A DNA stretch of 37,954 bases. Origin: Candidatus Lindowbacteria bacterium RIFCSPLOWO2_12_FULL_62_27. GTDB taxonomy: Bacteria; Lindowbacteria; 2-12-FULL-62-27. Location of the stretch: contig MFPR01000028.1 of the NCBI GenBank assembly GCA_001784175.1, forward strand, positions 1 to 37,954. The letters run 5' to 3'. The notes below the pieces were generated by a model. It saw nothing but the letters and a program-made list of their open reading frames with translations. It was not told the DNA's origin and made no database searches. The first letter of the stretch is position 1, and each line of letters begins with the position of its first letter. Shown piece after piece: positions 28,120 through 36,065 of this stretch. The translations under genes and the position numbers were made by a program.

Positions 28120-28228
28120 CCCCCTCTCCCGCCCATGGCGGGAGAGGGTTGGGGTGAGGGTGGCCATTCGGATGCCGTACCGAGTGACCCCCTCACCCTG
28201 ACCCTCTCCCCCTTTCGGGGGAGAGGGG
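28120..28228. repeat. BoxC/REP-like repeats, copy 2 (28120-28160) and copy 3 (28188-28228, inverted), forming an inverted doublet
   Basis: CCCTCTCCCGCC-cat-GGCGGGAGAGGG-TTGGGGTGAGGG and CCCTCACCCTGA-CCCTCTCCCCC-tttc-GGGGGAGAGGG. Confidence 0.85.
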
Positions 28229-29920
28229 AACGCCTATGTAAATCTCGAACGGCCGGAGACGAATCATCCCGATGGCATTCTCAGCCGCCCTACTCTCATG
28301 TGTCGAATACAGACATTCGATCCGGCCGCCCAGTCCGGTCGAGAGTCGCCGGGCCCGCTCGGACATGTTCAACGCCACAAGACACGCTTGGCCGTCGGTC
28401 GCGCGGCGCATAAACGCGAGAATGTCCCCGGACGCCTCGTCGACGGGCTGATAGTCGCCGGTCACCAGCGCCGGCGTTTGCCGGCGCAGGCGGAGCATCC
28501 GCCGATAGAAATTCAGCATGGAATCCGGCCGGCCGTCCTCGTCCGATACGTTCACTCCCTCTGCGTAATTCGGATGCACCGGAAGCCAGGGCCGGACGTG
28601 CGCCGGGCAGAAGCCGGCGTTCGGAGCGTTTGCCCACTGCAGGGGCGTCCGGCATCTGTCGCGGGTCGCTTTCGCGGCCACGTCCAGCGCCTCCGCCGGC
28701 GGCGTGCCGAGATGCTCGGTTTCAATCGTGTGGGCCCACACGCCGGCGTTGTCTTTGAACTGGCCGAGGTCATTGAGCATAAGATCGGTCATCCCGATTT
28801 CCTCGCCGTTGTAGAGAAACGGCGTGCCTTTCAGCGTCAGCATGAGCGCGAGCGAGATACGAGCCAGCGTGTCGTCGTTCCGGCCGTCGCCGTAGCGGTT
28901 GTAGACGCGTGACGAATCATGATTGCCGAGCGTATTGCACGGCCAAGCGCCGTCCGGCAGCGCGGTGAGCCGCGAAGTTTGATTTTCCCGGACCCACGCG
29001 GGCGTCAGCCGGGGAGTTTTCATGAGCGGGAAATTGAACACCATGTGCAGTTCGTCGTGGCCGTTTCCATGATAGGCGATGTCTTCGGTTTCTCCCACCA
29101 GGACCGCGCAGGGGTATTGATCGACCAGCGCCCGCAACTCCTGCATCAGCTCGTGAAGTTCCGGCCGGTCGGCCTGATGCTCGTACATGAGACGCCACTG
29201 CTCGCCGATCGCCTTCCACTCCGCTTCCGTTTTTGCCTGCCGCGCCATCCGGTGAAGCTCAATCTGGGTTTGCGTCGCCGTGTGGGGAGGCTCCGCGGGG
29301 TTTTCAAAAATCGTACCGATGGCGTCAAGCCGGAACCCGTCGACGCCGAGGTCCAGCCAGAACCGAACTGCGTCGAACATCGCCTTCTTGACCTCGGGAT
29401 TCCGCCAATTGAGGTCCGGCTGCTCCTTGAAAAAAAAGTGGTAGTAGTACTCCCCCGTCGCCGCGTCGCGCTCCCATGCGGAACCGCCGAAAACAGACAA
29501 CCAATTGTTGGGCGGACCGCCGCCGTTTCCGGATCGCCAGACGTACCAGTTCCGCTTGGGATGGCTCCGGCCGGATCGCGACTCGAGAAACCAGGGGTGC
29601 AGGTGGGACGTGTGGTTCAACACAAGATCGAGGATGACCCGGATCCCGCGCCGGTGGGCGCCGGCCAGGAACTTTTTGAAGTCATCGAGCGTCCCGTATT
29701 CGGGCGCGACGCCCGTGTAGTCGGCCACGTCGTATCCGCAGTCAAAGAGCGGCGAAGGATAATGCGGAGACAGCCAGACCGCGTCGATCCCGAGATCCTG
29801 CAGATAGTCCAGCCGGTCAATCATGCCGCCGATGTCGCCGATCCCGTCCCCGTTTCCGTCCGCGAAACTGCGCGGATAGATCTGATAGAAAACCGCCGTC
29901 TGCCACCAGTGCGGCTTCAT
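28193..29920 (-). CDS. GH13 alpha-glucosidase / oligo-1,6-glucosidase family
   Basis: WWQTAVFYQIYPRSFAD, GYDVADY, DLVLNHTS, QPDLNW, GFRLDA (nucleophile), VGE, NHD, YNGEEIGM and RDRCRTP. Confidence 0.95.
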   Translation of the reverse strand: MKPHWWQTAVFYQIYPRSFADGNGDGIGDIGGMIDRLDYLQDLGIDAVWLSPHYPSPLFDCGYDVADYTGVAPEYGTLDDFKKFLAGAHRRGIRVILDLVLNHTSHLHPWFLESRSGRSHPKRNWYVWRSGNGGGPPNNWLSVFGGSAWERDAATGEYYYHFFFKEQPDLNWRNPEVKKAMFDAVRFWLDLGVDGFRLDAIGTIFENPAEPPHTATQTQIELHRMARQAKTEAEWKAIGEQWRLMYEHQADRPELHELMQELRALVDQYPCAVLVGETEDIAYHGNGHDELHMVFNFPLMKTPRLTPAWVRENQTSRLTALPDGAWPCNTLGNHDSSRVYNRYGDGRNDDTLARISLALMLTLKGTPFLYNGEEIGMTDLMLNDLGQFKDNAGVWAHTIETEHLGTPPAEALDVAAKATRDRCRTPLQWANAPNAGFCPAHVRPWLPVHPNYAEGVNVSDEDGRPDSMLNFYRRMLRLRRQTPALVTGDYQPVDEASGDILAFMRRATDGQACLVALNMSERARRLSTGLGGRIECLYSTHESRAAENAIGMIRLRPFEIYIGVPLSPERGRGSG

Positions 29921-32635
29921 TTACTCTTCCGCTGCCTCGTCTTTCTCATCTTTCGCGGCGCCTTTGCCGGCGGCAGTATCGGGTTTGGGCGTCTTGGCCC
30001 AAAGCTCGGCGTATTTCGCGGCTGCGGGACCAAGCACCATCTTCGCCTCCCGATACCCGTAGGTGCCCATTCGAGACAGATGGACGGCATGGCGTCGGGC
30101 CTCCGCATCCCGGCCTGCATCGGTCAGCAGGCGGATCAAATGAGCGTATAGGAGCGCGGCATTCTCCTTTCTTTCTTGGCTTTCAAATTTTTGCGCGGCC
30201 TTCAGGTAAGCCGCATAGGCTTTGTCTTTAGCCTCTGTTGCCGCGCGGGACTTGCCGAGTTCGGCAAGACCACTTCCAAGGATCAAATAAATGCTCGCTG
30301 CCTCCTGATCTTGCCCAAGTTTTTCACGCAGCGCGGCGGCTTTTCGATACGAATCCACCGCCTCCGCGGGCTTGCGATTCATCTGGAGTACCGATCCCAA
30401 ATGGGTGGCTGCATTCGCCGCCGACGCCAAGTTTCCCTCGCTTTCATACTTTGACACTGCCGCCCGGAAGGGCGCCTCTGCCGACTGGTACGCCTGACGG
30501 GCGCCTGTTTCGTTCCCGGTTTGTCGCCGTGCCATCCCCACTTGCCGGTAGGCGATTCCGAGTGAAAAGTCGTCACCACGCTTTTCAAAGATCTCAACGG
30601 CCCTCTCTGAGGCTCTCTCCGCTGACTGGTAGGCCAAACGGGCGCCTGTGTCGCTGCCCACCCGTGTATGGGCGTGCGCCAGACTCCAGTACATCGAGCC
30701 GATGGTAAGATAATCCTCCCTTTTTTTACGGATCTCCGCCTCCTTTTGGACAGCACTCTCCGCACATGCTAATCTCTTCTTCCTTATCATTGTCGATCTC
30801 ATGCGTTCATAAAGGCCCAACAAAGCATCGGTGTCTCCGTGCGCCAGATAAATCACCGCTGCGTCCTGATAGGCGTTTTCCACCGCAGTATCGTCCGTCG
30901 TCATTCCCGCAATCATGGATCCCACACTCGCGTACATATTCGCCGTGGCGTTTGTATCCCCGAGTTTCTTGTACACGCCGGCCGCCCGTCGACCGGCTTC
31001 TACGGAATCCTCAAGCCTTCGCTTGGATAAGCCAAGCGCGGACCGGACCCGCACATATTGGATCGCCTGCTTTCGCAGGTATCCGTCTTTTCCGAAGAGT
31101 TCCGCCGAGGTTCCATGGGCGGCTGCCGCGTCGGATCTCTTGCCCAGCGTGACCAACACAACGCCCAGACCGGCATAAGCGTCCGCAAGCGCATAGTTCG
31201 ATCCCGAACGCTTCGCGGTTTCAACAGCCTTCCAAACGTATTCTTCCGCCTCGGCCTGCCGCTCCATTGAAACCAACGCGCATCCAAGTCCCAGATACGC
31301 ATCAGACAATCTATGGTCATCTCCGCTCTTTGTGGCTGTCTCGACCGCCTTCAGGAAAAAAGATTCGGCCTCAGGCAACTTGTTTCTACCCCTGTGACTC
31401 CAGCCCAGCAGGGTATATGCCTCCGCCAGACCCTTCGTATCCCCTCGTTTCAGACATAGTTGCTCTGCGCGCCGGATCGCCGTATCGGCCGCATCGAGAT
31501 CTCTCCCCAGCTCGATCAGTGTCCGGCCCAGCCCGAGGTACGACGCCGTCAGACCGCGTTCGTCGCCTTCCTGTTCATTGACGATCACAGCGGCCTGGAA
31601 GGCCTTCTCCGCTTCGCTCCAGTAACCGACGTCCAGCAGCTTTCGCGCCTTGGCTTCCTCTGTCGGTTTCACTATCATCCAGATCGCAATGGCGGTCGCC
31701 CCCGCGGCGCCCACCCACAGAACACGCTTCGTGATTTTCCGGATCGCCTTCCGCCTCCGGTCCGCCGCCTTCCGCGCCTTCGATGGACGCGCCGTGTACA
31801 CTCCGCACTCCATCGCGCCTTCCAGCGCCGCAATGAGTTCCCCGGCGGACTGGAACCGGTCGACCGGGTCCTTCTCGGTCAGCCGGTCGATGACGGCGGC
31901 CAGTCCCGGGGTGACGCCGGACTTGACGTCACGAATGAACGGCGTGTCCTCGTTGGGATTGGCGATTTTTCGGATCAATGTGATCTGGCTCTCCGATTCG
32001 AAGGGCAGCCGGCGCGCCAGCATCCAGAACCCGACCACGCCGAGCGACCACAGATCCGCGCGCGCGTCAACGCCTTTCGACCCGCTCGCCTCGAATTGCT
32101 CCGGCGCCATGTAGGCCGGCGTGCCGAAATACTGCCCGGTCATCGTCAGCGTGACTTCGTCCATCACCTTTGATATTCCGAAGTCGATCACCTTCACGTC
32201 GTCGGTATCGGTCACCAGAATATTTTTCGGCGAGATGTCCCGGTGGATCACGCCCTGCGCGTGCGCATACTCCAGAATCCGCGCCGTCTCGGCCAATATC
32301 TTCCACACCCACTTGGAACTCGCGCGGTCCGGCTGGTTCGGCACGATCCACTCCACCGCCCGGCCCTCGACGTACTCCATCGTCAGGTACAGCCGTCCGC
32401 CCTCCTGGCCCTGCTCATACAGGCGCGGGATCCCCGGATGGGAAAGGCGGTCGAGCGTCTTGCACTCGCGCAAAAATCGGTTTCGGAACTCATCGTTTCT
32501 TGAAAGATGTTCGGGAACGATCTTCAGCGCCACGGTTCGGCCTTTTCCGTCTTCCGTAAGGTACACCGCCCCCATCCCACCGTGGCCGACTTCGCGCTGG
32601 AGTTCAAACGGACCAAATGAGGAGAGGCTTGCCAT
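29921..32635 (-). CDS. Membrane Ser/Thr protein kinase (Hanks type) with C-terminal TPR-like repeats
   Basis: GHGGMGAVY, VALK, HRDISPKN, DFG, GTPAYMAPE and DLWSLG; TM segment VLWVGAAGATAIAIWMIV; ~40-aa repeats of the Y.GLG..L...G type. Start at ATG 32635 or GTG 32653. Confidence 0.92.
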   Translation of the reverse strand: MASLSSFGPFELQREVGHGGMGAVYLTEDGKGRTVALKIVPEHLSRNDEFRNRFLRECKTLDRLSHPGIPRLYEQGQEGGRLYLTMEYVEGRAVEWIVPNQPDRASSKWVWKILAETARILEYAHAQGVIHRDISPKNILVTDTDDVKVIDFGISKVMDEVTLTMTGQYFGTPAYMAPEQFEASGSKGVDARADLWSLGVVGFWMLARRLPFESESQITLIRKIANPNEDTPFIRDVKSGVTPGLAAVIDRLTEKDPVDRFQSAGELIAALEGAMECGVYTARPSKARKAADRRRKAIRKITKRVLWVGAAGATAIAIWMIVKPTEEAKARKLLDVGYWSEAEKAFQAAVIVNEQEGDERGLTASYLGLGRTLIELGRDLDAADTAIRRAEQLCLKRGDTKGLAEAYTLLGWSHRGRNKLPEAESFFLKAVETATKSGDDHRLSDAYLGLGCALVSMERQAEAEEYVWKAVETAKRSGSNYALADAYAGLGVVLVTLGKRSDAAAAHGTSAELFGKDGYLRKQAIQYVRVRSALGLSKRRLEDSVEAGRRAAGVYKKLGDTNATANMYASVGSMIAGMTTDDTAVENAYQDAAVIYLAHGDTDALLGLYERMRSTMIRKKRLACAESAVQKEAEIRKKREDYLTIGSMYWSLAHAHTRVGSDTGARLAYQSAERASERAVEIFEKRGDDFSLGIAYRQVGMARRQTGNETGARQAYQSAEAPFRAAVSKYESEGNLASAANAATHLGSVLQMNRKPAEAVDSYRKAAALREKLGQDQEAASIYLILGSGLAELGKSRAATEAKDKAYAAYLKAAQKFESQERKENAALLYAHLIRLLTDAGRDAEARRHAVHLSRMGTYGYREAKMVLGPAAAKYAELWAKTPKPDTAAGKGAAKDEKDEAAEE

Positions 32636-32687
32636 GTCGACGGAGTGTTTCACAAATCGTTGTCAACGTCAAATGAACCCGCCCGCG

Positions 32688-32716
32688 TTGACAACCCGCG
32701 CGCGCCTGACTATGAT
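32688..32716 (+). promoter_or_regulatory. Sigma70-type promoter for the riboswitch-cbiX transcript
   Basis: TTGACA (32688-32693), 17 nt, TATGAT (32711-32716), ending 4 nt before riboswitch P1. Confidence 0.8.
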
Positions 32717-32720
32717 GCCG

Positions 32721-32920
32721 CGCGAAGGTGCTCCGATTCGTGGAATCGGAGTAAACGGGAATCCCGTGGGCCCCCGCGATGGGGGAGCCGGGAGCGGTCA
32801 CGCCACTGTGAAGGGGTGCCGGACCACAAAGCCACTGTCCTCCGTAGCGCGCCGGAGTCCGCGAAGGAGGATGGGAAGGCGGCGAGGCGATCCCCCTGAG
32901 CCAGGAAACCGGCCTTCGCG
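32721..32920 (+). ncRNA. Cobalamin (B12) riboswitch
   Basis: P1 CGCGAAGG (32721-28) pairs with CCTTCGCG (32913-20); hairpin CTCCGATTC/GAATCGGAG; AAACGGGAA (32753-61); GCCACTG twice (32802, 32831); GGGAAG (32873); B12-box end GAGCCAGGAAACCGGCC. Lies upstream of a chelatase-like gene. Confidence 0.95.
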
Positions 32921-32956
32921 ATGGTAATAGTCTCCTCGATGAAGGAGCGGTTGACG

Positions 32957-33355
32957 ATGCAACGTCCTTCCGGCGGCGCCAATGGCCGCCATCCAAATCG
33001 CGCGCTGGTGATTGTGTCGCACCAGTCGATGATCCGGAAACCGAATCCCGGTGTACAGCGGCTCTGCCGCGGCATGCGTCGGCGCATGGTCTTTGGCCGG
33101 GTCTATTCGACCAATATCGCCCTCAAGGACCGGCTGGAACAGATCGCGACCCGCCTCTGGCGCGCCGGGATCCGTCAGATGGATGTGTTCCCTTATTTTT
33201 TACATGAAGGATTCCACGTCCGCGTGGAGCTTCCCAAAAGGCTCATGTCCATTCGGAAAAAATATCCCGCCCTCGATGTCCGGCAGTGGCCGCATCTCGG
33301 CTGTCACCCGGACCTGGCGGAACTTGCGGCGGACCTTCTGGGCGTGCGCGACTAG
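32957..33355 (+). CDS. cbiX: Short CbiX/SirB-like sirohydrochlorin chelatase family protein
   Basis: LVIVSHQS (HGS-like), FPYFLHEGFHVRVELP and HLGCHPDL. RBS AAGGAG (32942-47) precedes ATG 32957. Downstream of the B12 riboswitch. Confidence 0.72.
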   Translation: MQRPSGGANGRHPNRALVIVSHQSMIRKPNPGVQRLCRGMRRRMVFGRVYSTNIALKDRLEQIATRLWRAGIRQMDVFPYFLHEGFHVRVELPKRLMSIRKKYPALDVRQWPHLGCHPDLAELAADLLGVRD

Positions 33356-33873
33356 AAATGAACGCCCAGGGCCAGATAGGGAAAAATATAAACCGTCGCG
33401 ACTTCGAAATAGATGTTGTCCGTCGTGAACTCCGTGCCGATGCCGATGTAGGGTAGAATCACCAGCATCGTGCCCCATTGCCAGAAACTGTTCCAGGCAT
33501 GCTTGCGCAGGGGCTTGAAATAATTTTTGCTCTGAAAGCCCAGCCCGTAATTGATCCCGCGGAACCCGATCATTTCGTTGTTCCGGCTGTACTTGGACCA
33601 TTCGAACATCGTCACGGAGAGAAAGGGGACCCCCACCGAATAGCGGAAATCCGGTTTCCCTGATTCCACTTGCGCCGCCGGCTGGTCCGCCTCGTACACA
33701 CTCGGCATCATGGTTTTCTTCCACTTCGGAAAGTCCGACCCGAGGAGCACCCAAGACCGGGGATCGCCCTGCGTCGACGAGGATCTCAGATTCAGAAAAT
33801 CGCCCGCATGTGCCTGATCGAAAAAACACATGAGTCCCGCGATGATCAGCACTGCACACAGCCATCTGCTCAT
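33352..33873 (-). CDS. Secreted hypothetical protein, possibly a small outer-membrane beta-barrel
   Basis: RBS AAGGAGG before ATG 33873; signal peptide ending AHA; aromatic-rich alternating strands; C-terminal ...LALGVHF. Confidence 0.65.
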   Translation of the reverse strand: MSRWLCAVLIIAGLMCFFDQAHAGDFLNLRSSSTQGDPRSWVLLGSDFPKWKKTMMPSVYEADQPAAQVESGKPDFRYSVGVPFLSVTMFEWSKYSRNNEMIGFRGINYGLGFQSKNYFKPLRKHAWNSFWQWGTMLVILPYIGIGTEFTTDNIYFEVATVYIFPYLALGVHF

Positions 33874-33938
33874 GACATGTCCTCCTTTTGTGATGGGACT
33901 GATAACAACCATTTTATCGGCACGTTCAATGCGCCTGT

Positions 33939-34916
33939 TCAGTGTTCGATCTCAAATCCGTGCGACTCGATCATCCGGTGCGCGTCCTCCGCCGTCTGGC
34001 CGGACGTGGTCAGGTAGCCTTCGACGAAGATGGAGTTGGCGGCGTAGAGAACGCGGTAGGAATCGGCGCCGAAATTGAATTCGCGCCCGCCGGCCGCGCG
34101 GATGTCTTTTCTCGGATTGAGAAACCGGAAGAGACTGAGGGTCCGCAAGCCCATCTCGAGCCGCGTCGACGGTTGGTCCCCCAGCGGGGTGCCGCGGATC
34201 GGATGGAGGAAATTGACAGGGATGGAATCGATGTCGAGCGACTGGATCGTGAACGCAAGATCAAGGACGTCCCTCTCCGTCTCGCCCATCCCGATGATCC
34301 CTCCCGAGCAGGTGTGCATCCCGGCGGCCTTGACGGCCTGCACGGTTTCGATCCGGTCCTGATAGGTGTGCGTGGTGCAGACGCTCGAATAAAACCGCTC
34401 GCTCGTGTTCAGGTTGTGATTGATCCATCCAGCGCCGGCGTCCTTCAGGCGCCGCGCCTGCGACTCCCGCATGAGGCCGAGGGAACAGCAAATTTCGAGG
34501 TCCGGAAAATCCGATTTGATGTTGCGGATGCAGTCCGCGAGATGCTCAATGTCGCGGTCCGTCGGGCCGCGGCCGCTGGCGACCATGCAGTAGCGCCTGG
34601 CGCCCGCGCCGCGAACCGCCTCTTCAGCGCCGCGATAAATGGACGCCATCGTTTTGAGCGGATAGGCGGAGATGTCGGCCGTTGAAATATTGGACTGGGA
34701 GCAGTAGAAGCAGTCCTCCGGACACAGCCCGGACCGCACGTTGTTCAGCACGCAGATTTTGACGCGCCGGCCCCACGCCGCCTCCCGCACGCGGAACACC
34801 GCGTCGGTCAAGGCGCCGATATTCTCCGCGGGCGTCTGCAGGCACGCCCGGGCCTCCTCGCGGCTCAGCGTCCCGCCGGCCAGCGCGCGGTCGGCCCATT
34901 CCTGGTATCGCAACAT
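33939..34916 (-). CDS. bioB: Biotin synthase (radical SAM)
   Basis: SGLCPEDCFYCSQS (CxxxCxxC), RYCMVASGRG, CCSLG, NHNLNTS, CSGGIIGMGE, SIPVNFL, GGRE and ANSIF.EGYLTT. Confidence 0.95.
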   Translation of the reverse strand: MLRYQEWADRALAGGTLSREEARACLQTPAENIGALTDAVFRVREAAWGRRVKICVLNNVRSGLCPEDCFYCSQSNISTADISAYPLKTMASIYRGAEEAVRGAGARRYCMVASGRGPTDRDIEHLADCIRNIKSDFPDLEICCSLGLMRESQARRLKDAGAGWINHNLNTSERFYSSVCTTHTYQDRIETVQAVKAAGMHTCSGGIIGMGETERDVLDLAFTIQSLDIDSIPVNFLHPIRGTPLGDQPSTRLEMGLRTLSLFRFLNPRKDIRAAGGREFNFGADSYRVLYAANSIFVEGYLTTSGQTAEDAHRMIESHGFEIEH

Positions 34917-34922
34917 GGACGG

Positions 34923-34951
34923 AGTTTAGCTTTTGAAGTACGGTGGAGCAA
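34923..34951 (-). promoter_or_regulatory. Putative sigma70 promoter of bioB (leaderless)
   Basis: TTGCTC (34951-46), 17 nt, TAAACT (34928-23), 6 nt, ATG. No SD sequence. Confidence 0.55.
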
Positions 34952-36064
34952 ATGATTCTCGCAAGACAGCGGATCGGCGCGGCCTTTGGCGGCGCCGAAG
35001 GGTACGTTGCGATGCTGGCACGGGCTTTGAGGGATCGCGGGGCCGACGTGAGGCTGATGGCCCAGCGAATCGGCGAAGACGTTTCCCGCGACGAATTTCC
35101 TGTCATTCGCGCTCCGGACCGGCCCTTCAACCTGTGGGGCGTGTGGTTGTTTTCCCGATTTGTCCGTCAATATCTGGAGCGTCATCCCGGGGAAACGGTG
35201 ATTTCGTTTGACCGCGTTCCGGGCGTGGATTTTTTTCGCGCCGGCGACGGATGCCATGCGGCCTACATGGATGCGATGGGGTGCGGCGCTCTGGATCGAT
35301 TGTCCCTCAAGCACCTGTTGATGTTGTCCCTTGAACGGCGCATGTTCGCGCATCCGAAGTTGCGGCTCGTCATCGCCAACTCGAAGATGGGGGCGGATGA
35401 AATCCAACGGGAATACGGGGTGCCTTCCGAAAAGATAAGAATCATTTACACGGGGCTGGCGCCGGGTCGGGCGCTCCTGCCCAAATCGGATGCGCGGAGC
35501 AAGCTGGGTCTGGACGAGAGCCTCCGCGTCCTTCTGTTTGCCGGCCACCACTATGAGCGAAAGGGCCTCTCGACACTGTTGCAGTCGATCGGTATCATGG
35601 ACAAGAAGGGGCATCGCGCCGCAGTGAAGCGAAACTGGATTTTGCTGGTGGCCGGCAAGGGCGACGCCGACACGTATCGGCTCGCGGCCAAAGGGCTGGG
35701 CATCCACGATTCGGTCGTGTTCCTTGGCCCGTGCGACCTCGACGCGTATTTCGCGGCGGCCGACCTTTTCGTGCTGCCAACCCGCTACGATCCGCTGGCG
35801 CGGGTCTGTCTCGAAGCCGCGCGCGCCGGCCTTCCGGTGATGACGACCCGCCGGAACGGTTTCTGCGAATGGCTGAACGAATCGGACGGATTCATTCTCG
35901 AGCGGCCCACCGACGCGGACACGCTGGCCCGGATGATCGAGCGGGCGTTCACGATCAATCTCGAGGATGCGGGCCGCCGCCTCCAATCGAAGGTGGCGCA
36001 TCTGACAATCGAGCGGAACGCGGAGGAAATTCTGGAATGTCTGAAAGTTTTCGGAGGGAAGTGA
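34943..36064 (+). CDS. GT4 family glycosyltransferase, WaaG/RfaG-like
   Basis: FGGAE, RAGDGCH, IANSKM, ERKGL, ADLFVLPTRYDP and LEAARAGLPV. Confidence 0.88.
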   Translation: MEQMILARQRIGAAFGGAEGYVAMLARALRDRGADVRLMAQRIGEDVSRDEFPVIRAPDRPFNLWGVWLFSRFVRQYLERHPGETVISFDRVPGVDFFRAGDGCHAAYMDAMGCGALDRLSLKHLLMLSLERRMFAHPKLRLVIANSKMGADEIQREYGVPSEKIRIIYTGLAPGRALLPKSDARSKLGLDESLRVLLFAGHHYERKGLSTLLQSIGIMDKKGHRAAVKRNWILLVAGKGDADTYRLAAKGLGIHDSVVFLGPCDLDAYFAAADLFVLPTRYDPLARVCLEAARAGLPVMTTRRNGFCEWLNESDGFILERPTDADTLARMIERAFTINLEDAGRRLQSKVAHLTIERNAEEILECLKVFGGK

Positions 36065-36065
36065 C

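Noticed and set aside
27292-28228. Palindromic repeats as a CRISPR array or as IS ends around the SDR gene
   Set aside because: There are only three copies, irregularly spaced and in mixed orientation. I saw no spacers, transposase or target-site duplication.
27196-28413. 405-aa + strand ORF
   Set aside because: It is the antisense shadow of the SDR gene plus the repeat elements.
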